Positions 48,013-56,546 of a DNA stretch of 64,000 bases are shown piece after piece. A model generated the notes under the pieces. That model was not told the origin of the DNA. It ran no database searches and worked only from the letters and a program-made list of their open reading frames with translations. Both the position numbers and the translations under genes were made by a program. This stretch comes from a virus (taxonomy: Duplodnaviria; Caudoviricetes). The stretch is taken from the IMG/VR virus record IMGVR_UViG_3300023435_000009. One strand, 5' to 3'. Each line of letters starts with the position of its first letter. The stretch's first letter is position 1.

Positions 48013-48041
48013 TTGACACAGTCTTTCCTTTTTTGTATAAT
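48013..48041 (+). promoter_or_regulatory. Perfect sigma70 consensus promoter
   Basis: TTGACA-17 nt-TATAAT, 6 nt before ATG 48048. Confidence 0.8.
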
Positions 48042-48047
48042 CCAATC

Positions 48048-49280
48048 ATGAAGGTGATTCGCTCCACCAAGTGTACTCTTAAGTTCTCCACAGCAGCTAA
48101 ATTGGCTACCCTGGAGATGGTCCTTGCAGAGTATGGGCAGGTTACCAACTTTTTCATCCAGTACTTATGGGTTCTCCCCAAGGTACCTTCCAAGAGCGCA
48201 CTGCTCAAACCCATCGTAGACCTTCCCAAAACGTGGCTCAGTGCCCGCTTACGTAAAGTAGCCGCTAGGGAAGCTATTTCGATGATTGTTGCCGCAAAGC
48301 GACGATGGAAGGACAAGGCCGTACAACCAACGCATAACGGTAAGTCGATGTACGTTTCATCGACGATTGCTGAGTTGCACGAAGCGCAGGACGCCACGGA
48401 ATTCGATTACTGGCTTAAGTTGTGGTCTATTGGTAGAGGGATTATCTTCCATCTCCCAATCCGACTCCACCAGCATTACCATAAGTTGGCTGCCCGAGGC
48501 AAGCGTCTCAACAGCTATGTTATTACCGCTGAGTCCGTTACCTTTGCTTTTGAAACAGACACTGGCCTTAAACGAACAGAAGGTCATCCACTTGGTGTTG
48601 ATACAGGAATTAAAGCGCTTGCGACCACGTCGGATGGTTTGCAGCTTGGTACCGATATCCAACCAATGATCGAGCGGATTAATCGTTGCAAGCATGGGTC
48701 GAAGGGACAGAAGACTGCCCGCAGGGCCTTGAAACAACGGATGGATGAGGTTGCCAGGGATCTTTTAGAAATTCCTGACATTAAGATAATAGTGGTTGAG
48801 AACCTTCGGGGTCTCAATCACAAGAGTCGTGTCAAACGTCGCTTGACCAAAAATATGCGGCGATCTCTTGGTTCGTGGGCTTATCGTTATTGGTTGGGTC
48901 GGGTTCAGGGTCGTTGCGAGGACAACCGTGTTGTCTTCAAAGCGGTGAACCCAGCGTATACTTCTCAACGATGTCCTGAATGTGGTTACACCGAGAGGGG
49001 GAATCGAAACGGAGAGGTGTTCAAGTGTCGGAAGTGTGGTCACACCGACAACGCAGATGTTAATGCTGCCAGGAACATTTTGACTCGATTTCGCTGGGGA
49101 CCTTACGGTGCCCCATTCAAACCTAGCGTCAAAGTCATGAAAGGGACGGTTGTCCCCGATAGTTTTGTGTTAGGAACGGTACAGTCCCCACATGGCAGGA
49201 TTCGTCTACATTGTTCAGGCCGAGGACACCTATCGTTTCAAGGTGGGTCAAACGGTGAATCTTCCTCAGCGGATGCGTAA
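48048..49280 (+). mobile_element. tnpB: TnpB RNA-guided nuclease #3 with zinc finger
   Basis: GVDTG / VVENL / NADVNAARN; CPECG...CRKCG; the ORF runs past the probable element end into the next gene. Confidence 0.9.
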
Positions 49281-49815
49281 CCTTCAATTGGGGTCACCTG
49301 TTCCTCTTCATCTGGTGGGTTGGTTCCGTGTGGACAACCCTCAGCGGGAGGAGGCGGAGTGGCACCATCGTCTGGGTATCAATAGGCGGCATGGGGAGTG
49401 GTTCGATCTGTCCTTGGAGAACCTCACCAAGATCCTGGGGGTTTGTGATTACTTTGGGAGGACGGTGCCTCCTGAAGGCCCTCATATCTTCGACGGGGAT
49501 CGGCCCTACTATGTGTCCTGGGGTGAGGGGTTCATCTTCCCTGTGACCGTGGATGATCGTGATGGGGAGGATCCAGCCCTCGTGTACTTCACACCACGGA
49601 TGAACCACAACGGGCTGGTCGAACACGCATGGCCACCGGGTTGGGTTGCGGACCCTTGCACTTTGCCCGAGGCCGTTTACGAGTGGCAGATCAGTGCTGA
49701 TCCCCGAGGTGCTCTGCTTCACCATGGGATTGACTCAGATAACACGGAAGCTGATCACTTCCACGTCCTGTGTTACCAAGCGATGCGGGACGCCAGGGCA
49801 GTCAGGGGGATTTAA
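49192..49815 (+). CDS. GIY-YIG-like (T5orf172/MUG113) domain protein
   Basis: FVYIVQ..FKVG.T..QR..NLQ..GEWF. Confidence 0.75.
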   Translation: MAGFVYIVQAEDTYRFKVGQTVNLPQRMRNLQLGSPVPLHLVGWFRVDNPQREEAEWHHRLGINRRHGEWFDLSLENLTKILGVCDYFGRTVPPEGPHIFDGDRPYYVSWGEGFIFPVTVDDRDGEDPALVYFTPRMNHNGLVEHAWPPGWVADPCTLPEAVYEWQISADPRGALLHHGIDSDNTEADHFHVLCYQAMRDARAVRGI

Positions 49816-50411
49816 TGAAGCCTAGCTTGTGGTCAGATGAGGGTCTACAGGGGATCCTGGATGTTTTGGGTGGACCGGAGTCGGTGGCTGATCAGGTAGG
49901 ACCGGCGGATGACTCAGTGGAGACCCTTGTTGTCCCTGCCGAACCCTCCTGGTCCTGCCTCCAGGCGGCAGCTTTTCTGAATGCCAACATCCAGAAGGGC
50001 ACGCATTGTCCAGCGTGCCGTCAGAATGTGAAACTTTACAAACGGTCTTTGAATGCCAACATGGTGCGCTTTCTGTTGGACCTGATTCGTTTGGCTGCCC
50101 AGAGAGGTGTGCCGTGGGTCCATCACCGAGATTGCACATATACGGGACGGGACTATTCCTACCTTGCTTCTTGGGGGTTGGCGGTCACTCAGGCGGAGGT
50201 TGAGGGGGGCACTAAGCGGACCTCCGGGATGTGGCGGGCAACGGCTAAGGGTGTGGCTTTTGCAGAGGGAAAAATCAAATGTCCTGCTCATGCTCTCATG
50301 TACAATAGGCGGGTGTTCGAGTACCAGGGTGACCCCGTATCCATCACGGACGCTCTGGGTACGAGGTTCGATTACAGCAAACTGATGCAACCTGCATCGT
50401 TGGACAAGTAA
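49815..50411 (+). CDS. Hypothetical protein with CPAC ribbon and winged-helix-like C-terminus
   Basis: TAATG coupling; CPACRQNVKLYKRSL. Confidence 0.6.
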   Translation: MKPSLWSDEGLQGILDVLGGPESVADQVGPADDSVETLVVPAEPSWSCLQAAAFLNANIQKGTHCPACRQNVKLYKRSLNANMVRFLLDLIRLAAQRGVPWVHHRDCTYTGRDYSYLASWGLAVTQAEVEGGTKRTSGMWRATAKGVAFAEGKIKCPAHALMYNRRVFEYQGDPVSITDALGTRFDYSKLMQPASLDK

Positions 50412-50465
50412 CCCTCTTCAGTCTATAATCCTCAGTGCCCACATACTACGGGCGGTGAGGTTGCG

Positions 50466-50792
50466 ATGAACACCCGAAACCAAGTTCAGAAGTTGCTTGA
50501 GGGATGCCCTGACTTCCCGACCCTCCAGGATGTGGCTGCTGAGACCGAGCCTGAGGTGTTCCTCCCCAGGACGGATGCCGAGGATGCCTGCAGGGCGGTT
50601 CTGCCCGGTGATAGCTTGGAGGGGCACGTCTTTGAGGACACCCTGGAGCCGAACCCCTACCTGGGAGTCCCAGCTTCTGATCTGCGAGGGATGCTTGAGT
50701 GGATGGAGGGTGACGAGCGGCGTGAGGTTGAGCGTGCCCTGGTACTTAAGCAGTTGCAGCACTCTGACGGGAAGATGCCGATGAAGCGCTGA
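50466..50792 (+). CDS. Hypothetical acidic protein (108 aa)
   Basis: GAGG SD; ORF track. Confidence 0.55.
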   Translation: MNTRNQVQKLLEGCPDFPTLQDVAAETEPEVFLPRTDAEDACRAVLPGDSLEGHVFEDTLEPNPYLGVPASDLRGMLEWMEGDERREVERALVLKQLQHSDGKMPMKR

Positions 50793-50799
50793 CCCCTAG

Positions 50800-51846
50800 C
50801 TAGTAGATCCTCACACCAATCCTGAATTTCATCGCTCGGAGTGCCGGGTATTTCGGGATACGCTTCCGGCAAGGGGAGATACCCCTGCGGAGGCGTTCCT
50901 TTCGTGCTGCCGCCAAGCTGACATGCATTCGGGATGCCGCTATCCTGTCCGGGACTTTTCCGAGTTCAGCCTTCACCCAGGGATCAGGTTTGACCTTTTT
51001 GACTTTCGCTGGCTTGGGAGTCTTGTAGCTCGGGATCCCTCGTTTCACCCGTTGCAATCTCACAACGTAGGCCCCTACTCCCAGTTGACGGGCGAGAACC
51101 GCATCCTTCATTTGTCCGAGGGGTTGCTTGTCCCAGTAGGTGTTTTGGGGTGCGACATAGTTCGGGATTCCTCGTTTTATTCTCTGCCGCCGGAGACCAC
51201 CGGGGTCAACACCCAGTTGACGGGCGAGGTGTCCGTCTAGCATTTGGCCGAGGGGTTGTTTGTCCCAGTCAATGCCCTTTGACCCTCTGTTGACGCCAGG
51301 GGTGAGAGAGGGTATGCCGAACCTGTGGCGGGCGAGAGTGGCTGCGCTTGGGGCACAACCCATACGGCGAGCGATCTCACAGTCTGATAGGACACCAAAC
51401 AAGGAAACGTCCCAGATGTAGGGCTCATTCGTGGGTGGGATGTTTCGTTCCCGTCTTGCCTTTTTGACGACGTTGGTGGGACAGCCCATCTGTGTGGCGA
51501 TGACCTTGTCCGACTTCCGTCCCAGGGGCACGTCAGTCCAGTCCAGATGCGCCCAAGGGTCAAAGGCAGCGATGCCCCTCTTGAGCCTTTGGCTCCGCAC
51601 GGTGAGGCGGGCGAGTCCTGTTGCACGGGCCAGGGCAGCGTCGGAGCAGAGGCCCAGGAATTGGCCCCAGTAGTTCCAGTTTGTGTCCTTGCGGTCCTTG
51701 TCACCGTATCCTGTGTAGGCTGCGATGCCGAGGGCTGTCCTGTGTTCCCATACGGCGGTGGCTGAGGTGCCGACCATGTGGGCAATCGTGGGGTCAGGAT
51801 AGGTTCCCAGCCATTTGTCCCAGAGGGTCCAGTCAATGGCGTTCAC
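50800..51846 (-). CDS. Tandem HTH-like repeat protein (seven ~40-aa units)
   Basis: Repeated W..xLG..D..[IL]A...G....V...R...GI. Confidence 0.75.
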   Translation of the reverse strand: MNAIDWTLWDKWLGTYPDPTIAHMVGTSATAVWEHRTALGIAAYTGYGDKDRKDTNWNYWGQFLGLCSDAALARATGLARLTVRSQRLKRGIAAFDPWAHLDWTDVPLGRKSDKVIATQMGCPTNVVKKARRERNIPPTNEPYIWDVSLFGVLSDCEIARRMGCAPSAATLARHRFGIPSLTPGVNRGSKGIDWDKQPLGQMLDGHLARQLGVDPGGLRRQRIKRGIPNYVAPQNTYWDKQPLGQMKDAVLARQLGVGAYVVRLQRVKRGIPSYKTPKPAKVKKVKPDPWVKAELGKVPDRIAASRMHVSLAAARKERLRRGISPCRKRIPKYPALRAMKFRIGVRIY

Positions 51847-52154
51847 AGGGCACCCCCTGCGGCGGCGTTCCGTCTGGCGGCAGTGGCGAGGAGAGCGGGG
51901 AGCTTCCCCTTGGCGTCCTTGAGGGTGTCGAACCGGCGGTTCATGTAGTGAGGGTAGTGGATGTGTTCCTCATCCTGGAATTGCCATTTGAAGCCACCTT
52001 CGAAGTGGCCTAAGTATCCGGCGCACCAGCGTCCGGCACCCATTTCGTACCCCTTGTAGAGGTAGCCTTGGACGACTCCGTCGACTGCAACCTTGTATAC
52101 GTTGGCTCCGCTTTCCTTGTCTCCGGTCTTCGTGAACGTGACCATCGGGTCCAT
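51843..52154 (-). CDS. Hypothetical protein (103 aa)
   Basis: SD AAGGAG; overlaps the next minus-strand gene. Confidence 0.6.
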   Translation of the reverse strand: MDPMVTFTKTGDKESGANVYKVAVDGVVQGYLYKGYEMGAGRWCAGYLGHFEGGFKWQFQDEEHIHYPHYMNRRFDTLKDAKGKLPALLATAARRNAAAGGAL

Positions 52155-52222
52155 GGTGGGTCTCCTTTACGGGGTCATTTGCCCCTCACCTTAACTACTC
52201 TGGCCTGTGGTAAGATGATCCC

Positions 52223-52654
52223 ATGAAACGAAGAAGACGCAGGAAGTCATCGAAGCCGTTCCCCGCCAAGCTCTTCAGGGAAGCCTACTCTGAGCCGCCC
52301 TGTAAGTTTTGGCATGTCTATGTTATTCAGTCTCTGACGGTCCTGACGAAGAAGGGGGTCGGATACACCTACGTGGGAGCCACAAACAACCCACGTCGCC
52401 GTTTACGCCAGCACAACGGCGACCTTTCCGGTGGTGCCCGGAGTACGTTCAGGGGGCGACCCTGGATACCTCGTGCCTTGTTCGGACCTTATCAGGACAG
52501 AAGGGAGGCTATGCGGGCTGAGTACGCCTTGAAGCATGGGAAGCGTGGAGAGAACCGTTGTCGCTGGGCCTCGACTGATTCGAAATGGTGTAGGGGTGCT
52601 GGTCCGGACCATCCCTGGGTTGCAGATCCCACTGTTGCGGTAGAGCCTCTATAA
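52223..52654 (+). CDS. SLX1-like GIY-YIG nuclease
   Basis: HVYVIQS..YVGATNNPRRRLRQHNG..GGARST..RPW..EYALK. Confidence 0.8.
   Translation: MKRRRRRKSSKPFPAKLFREAYSEPPCKFWHVYVIQSLTVLTKKGVGYTYVGATNNPRRRLRQHNGDLSGGARSTFRGRPWIPRALFGPYQDRREAMRAEYALKHGKRGENRCRWASTDSKWCRGAGPDHPWVADPTVAVEPL
52639..52653 (+). promoter_or_regulatory. Candidate phage promoter (GGT-N8-TATA)
   Basis: GGTAGAGCCTCTATA upstream of the 52697 gene. Confidence 0.45.
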
Positions 52655-52696
52655 ACCTCTGAGGATGTGACAGAAGGGTCTAACTGGAGGTTTTCG

Positions 52697-54340
52697 ATGA
52701 GTACCCGAATGGCCACGGAGTTCCCCTCAGAAGAGGCCCTGAAGAAGTACCTTAAGGAACATCCTAAGGCTGACCCGAAAAAGCACTCGGTGGCGGAATC
52801 TGGTGGGGAGTCCGAAAAGAAGGAACCGGAGGGGAAACAGCCCCAGAAGAGATACAGGTACCCTAGTGCCCTGATGAGTAAAGGTAACCTTTATTTCACT
52901 GACGCCGATGAGGTCGAGGCGTTTGCCAAGAAGACTAAATCCCTGTCGGGAGATAAGCAGACAGATGCCCAGGTCATGAAGAAGTTTTTGGCTGGGGCCT
53001 CACCAGGGACTAAAAAGAAAGTGGAGACTATGACTCCTGCTGAGTTCATGGGGCTTGTCAAAGCTCTTTTGGAGAATAAGGGGTTTAAGGATTCCCCCAT
53101 GTATAAGTCCCCGGCAGCGAAGCCTGATGCGAAGGAGCCAAAGAAAAAGGAGCCAAAGAAAAAGGAGCCAAAGAAAAAGGAGCAGACTGCCCCTAGTGGT
53201 TCACTGCCCTCTCCTGAGGCTTTGCGGATGAAGTCGTTCAAAGTTCCAGAGAAGCTTTCGCAGGCAGCCGTAGATAACCCTGTTGATATGCTGAAGTATC
53301 TGAGTAAGAAGGAAGGCAAAGACGATCTTCCCATTTGGGATGTTCCGAAGAAGTTTGCTGACGCTTTCCTTGCCGTTTTAGATGGGGCACCGGACGATGC
53401 TGCTAAGAAGAAAGCGGTCTTTAAGGTGGTGGAAAAGGCCACGCCACTTCAACTTGAATGGATCTGGTCCGAACTAGGATCTTGGAACTACGAGGGTCTG
53501 GCATCGGAACTAGCACATCGTTATGATGTGGGTCGTGATGGGGACTTGGAGCTTGCTGCTGTAGAGTACCTCCGAACATATAACGAAAAGATGCTTAAGA
53601 CTCTGGACCGGGGTTTTCACGCCGGAGACTGGGGGGCAGAAGCTAAAAAGAACCCTCGTTGGTGGAATGACTACGGTATCGAATGGGACATGGGAAAAAA
53701 GAAGAAGGCTATGGCCAACTCAGCAACAAGGATTGCTGCCCGTTACCTCGACATGGTGGCCTGCGATTGCGGTGACGAACTGTTCGCCGGGCGTGAGCAC
53801 GGTGAGGGGGGCAAGGGCTACGGTGAGTCTGGTCCCGATGTCCGAGGTCCCGGTAAGTGGCAACCCAAGCCGAAGGGTAAGTGCTACTACGAGACCGGCG
53901 ACGAGAAGGACCGCTGTTACGTTACGCAACATGGTGGCCCAGGCGGGCAGAAAAAGCCCGGCCCTGCTACGAAGCCTGGCGACTGGAAGACCTACGAGAA
54001 GCAGCGTTGGAAGGGGGCTGCTCTGTCACACCCCGAGGACGAAGAGGGGGCGCTGAAGGCGCTGAAGGTCTTCGCTAAGAAGGCTGAGTTGCCTTTCGCC
54101 ATCCAGGGTATAGAGAACCGGGAGTATCCGGTGAAGAGCCCCAAGGGGTTTGGGTCCCTGTTCGATAAGCTCTACATCAGCGTGGAGTGGTGGCAACCCT
54201 CATGGTGTAAGATTCAGTGGGGCTACACCCACCCCTCTGGTGGTTCCAACGGGTTGAACATTGGATCTGTCGGATGGGATGTTGATAAGGAGAAGTGGTA
54301 CTGGAAGTTGGATACCGGCAAGTACGGTTGGATCAACTAG
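52697..54340 (+). CDS. Multimodule hypothetical protein carrying RIAARYL
   Basis: GGAGG SD; Lys-rich linkers; modules separated by RMA/KKA/RIAARYL/GAA sites. Confidence 0.7.
   Translation: MSTRMATEFPSEEALKKYLKEHPKADPKKHSVAESGGESEKKEPEGKQPQKRYRYPSALMSKGNLYFTDADEVEAFAKKTKSLSGDKQTDAQVMKKFLAGASPGTKKKVETMTPAEFMGLVKALLENKGFKDSPMYKSPAAKPDAKEPKKKEPKKKEPKKKEQTAPSGSLPSPEALRMKSFKVPEKLSQAAVDNPVDMLKYLSKKEGKDDLPIWDVPKKFADAFLAVLDGAPDDAAKKKAVFKVVEKATPLQLEWIWSELGSWNYEGLASELAHRYDVGRDGDLELAAVEYLRTYNEKMLKTLDRGFHAGDWGAEAKKNPRWWNDYGIEWDMGKKKKAMANSATRIAARYLDMVACDCGDELFAGREHGEGGKGYGESGPDVRGPGKWQPKPKGKCYYETGDEKDRCYVTQHGGPGGQKKPGPATKPGDWKTYEKQRWKGAALSHPEDEEGALKALKVFAKKAELPFAIQGIENREYPVKSPKGFGSLFDKLYISVEWWQPSWCKIQWGYTHPSGGSNGLNIGSVGWDVDKEKWYWKLDTGKYGWIN
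53132..53183 (+). repeat. 15-nt tandem repeat x3.5 (KEPKK)
   Basis: AAGGAGCCAAAGAAA repeated. Confidence 0.9.
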
Positions 54341-54843
54341 GTTCTTTGTGCCTCCAGCACGTCCAGCACCATCCCTAACGCCTCCTCCACGATCTGCTGT
54401 TTGGCCTTTGTCCGAGACAGCTTGGCGTCTACGTACACGAAGCAGGTGATCGCTTTGTTCCCCAGTGCCGCCACACCTATGTAGGCGATTCCCACATCTG
54501 AGCGGGGGTTGGCGGGGTCTTCCCGTGACAGGGTGCCTGTGACACCCACCCCGATGTCAGCCATTTCCGCCCCCATTTCCGCCAAGTCGGCGGCGATTTC
54601 GGGGCTGTAGACACCGTGACTTTGAATGAGTCGGGCGACGTGTCCCTCACGACCCAGGCGGTGATCCAGACGTTCCTTGGCTGCGTTGCCGTAGACCACG
54701 GAACCCTCCCGGAAAACCTCGCTGGCTCCGGGGATATTCGTGATGGCAGATGCCAGCGCTCCGCCTGTACAGGACTCCACTGTGTAGATGTGGACCCCCA
54801 TTTTGTCGAGTTCGGCTACCAGTTTCTCCGCAATGTCAGTCAT
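54337..54843 (-). CDS. pncC: CinA C-terminal / PncC-type NMN deamidase
   Basis: VESCTGG..ASAITNIPGAS..F..G.V.Y.N.AK..GVGVTG: CinA family signature with catalytic Ser and Lys. Confidence 0.85.
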   Translation of the reverse strand: MTDIAEKLVAELDKMGVHIYTVESCTGGALASAITNIPGASEVFREGSVVYGNAAKERLDHRLGREGHVARLIQSHGVYSPEIAADLAEMGAEMADIGVGVTGTLSREDPANPRSDVGIAYIGVAALGNKAITCFVYVDAKLSRTKAKQQIVEEALGMVLDVLEAQRT

Positions 54844-55042
54844 GGTAATCTCCTTCCCTTACCAGGAGGCAGCGACCTGCATCATCAGGCCCGATCCGAG
54901 GATCGCTTCGCCCCAGAAAACAGGCCAGCCGTTGTTGGCCGCTTTTACCTTGATGCAGTTGTTGTCCCATTCCGGGTAGGACTTGGAACTCGCCATGAGC
55001 GCCTTGACACCTTCCACCGTGGTCAAATCGGACATTGGTCAC
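54836..55042 (-). CDS. Small hypothetical protein
   Basis: GGAGG SD; overlaps the pncC start. Confidence 0.55.
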   Translation of the reverse strand: MTNVRFDHGGRCQGAHGEFQVLPGMGQQLHQGKSGQQRLACFLGRSDPRIGPDDAGRCLLVREGDYHD

Positions 55043-55171
55043 CTCCTACAAGGGTCTACTCCAACAGCGCCGGAGATGATCCCGTTGGGTTCTCGTTGGG
55101 GTAGACGGGGGTATGCCTGACAGGGGATCATCCTACCGATCCGCTGAGTAGTTGTGGTGTAGGAGGACAAG

Positions 55172-55363
55172 ATGAGCGACGTCACTTTCAAGCCAGGGGA
55201 CAGCGTGATCGTTGCCCACCCTGTTTCCGCAATGGAGCGGGGTCTTTTGGGTGTGACCTTCACCGTGAAACGGCTGGCCCTGACACCATCCCTCAGAGTT
55301 GTCTGTAAGGACGACTGGGGCTCCTGGCACATCCATCCTGAGGCTTTGGAACATGTCTCGTAG
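55172..55363 (-). CDS. Small SH3/KOW-like hypothetical protein
   Basis: FKPGDSVIV pattern; ORF track. Confidence 0.45.
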
Positions 55364-55401
55364 GGTTGCTAACAGTAGGTCAAAACAGCCTTTTAATGAG
55401 G

Positions 55402-55860
55402 ACACCAGTCGGGAAGGGACTCAAAAGTCCTTGACTTGGTCATCCCTCATTCCTATCGTATTTAGCGTAAAGGTGATAGCCAAGCTCTTCAAACTGTTCT
55501 TTGGGATTTTGGATTTGGTGGTTGGTGAGGAAAGACCTCACCGTAAAATCCAAATCGTTGAAGAACTTAGCAGTCTTAACGATTGTGAATGACCGGGAGT
55601 TCCTCGGTTACAGCCTGCTGTCCTGGAAGCTCTGGCTTGATTCATTTGAATCAAGTGAAACTACTGGTTGGGCAGGAACCTAACTTCAATCAAGGCTTGT
55701 CCTCGATTGAGTCAGTTTAGGAGAACGGACTCTAAGCGACTGACCATCATCCGTGCAGCTTTACAAAGCGGGCGGTAACTCCCGCCGGGTCGGGTCTGCT
55801 ATATCACCATCAGACATAACGCCATAGTCTGACACACCGTGTGACATCCTGTCTGATCCG
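55402..55860 (+). ncRNA. Candidate large structured non-coding RNA
   Basis: About 460 nt lacking a credible ORF, with at least seven stem-loops, including a GUAA-capped one. Confidence 0.55.
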
Positions 55861-55903
55861 TTTTGCCGCCTATACGATCACCCTGATGACACTGGAGTCG
55901 CTA

Positions 55904-56125
55904 ATGGATAAGACCACAGGTACCACCCGGATTTACGAGTACATCGCAGATGACGGAACCATCTACTGGTCCTTGAAAAAGAGCGCCCAGATAGTATCAC
56001 CCCCGACCCGCCTTCTCCTCCAGGAGAAGAAGGGGACGATAGTGGGGCAGTTTATTGCCCAACTTCGGATACGTGCCTTGGCGCTACAAAAGCCCAATGG
56101 GAGTGGCAGTACAACGGTACAGTAG
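55904..56125 (+). CDS. Small hypothetical protein
   Basis: GGAG SD, ATG 55904. Confidence 0.55.
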   Translation: MDKTTGTTRIYEYIADDGTIYWSLKKSAQIVSPPTRLLLQEKKGTIVGQFIAQLRIRALALQKPNGSGSTTVQ

Positions 56126-56153
56126 CGGAAGGTTTTAACCGGAGGAGCAAGGA

Positions 56154-56546
56154 ATGAAAGACAACGACTTGAAAGTGGTGGATGACAAGGGGACCGAAGA
56201 GGTCACCCCCGAGATTGCAATGGTGGAGACCCTGGAGGATCCTCCTGAGGTGGCCGGGGAGGCCCCGCAGGATCCTGACATCGCTGGTGTGTTGACCCCC
56301 GAGGAGCAGAGTCAGTTGCAGATGCTCCGCCAGAAGGGTGGTCAGCTTACGATGGAGATCGGCCAACTGGAGCTTCGGAAGGCCCGTGTCCTGGGGACCA
56401 TCTCGGACGTCGAGGCCCAGGGGCAGAATCTGCTGAAAGTCGCTGCGAAGCGGATGGGGATCCCTGATGGGCAGCCCTGGCAGGTGCTCCCGGACGGCAG
56501 GGCACGGCTCGTGACGCAAACGCCAGAGGGGATGCCCCAGGGCTAA
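56154..56546 (+). CDS. Small coiled-coil hypothetical protein
   Basis: GGAGGAG SD; acidic N-terminus, coiled coil. Confidence 0.65.
   Translation: MKDNDLKVVDDKGTEEVTPEIAMVETLEDPPEVAGEAPQDPDIAGVLTPEEQSQLQMLRQKGGQLTMEIGQLELRKARVLGTISDVEAQGQNLLKVAAKRMGIPDGQPWQVLPDGRARLVTQTPEGMPQG

Noticed and set aside
47960-48397. 145-aa minus-strand Cys-containing ORF
   Set aside because: Overlaps tnpB #3 and its promoter; no independent support.
55526-55537. GAGGAAAGAC resembling the RNase P GAGGAAAGUCC motif
   Set aside because: It forms a local hairpin, and no complementary P4 partner or ACAGAA-type 3' motif was found.
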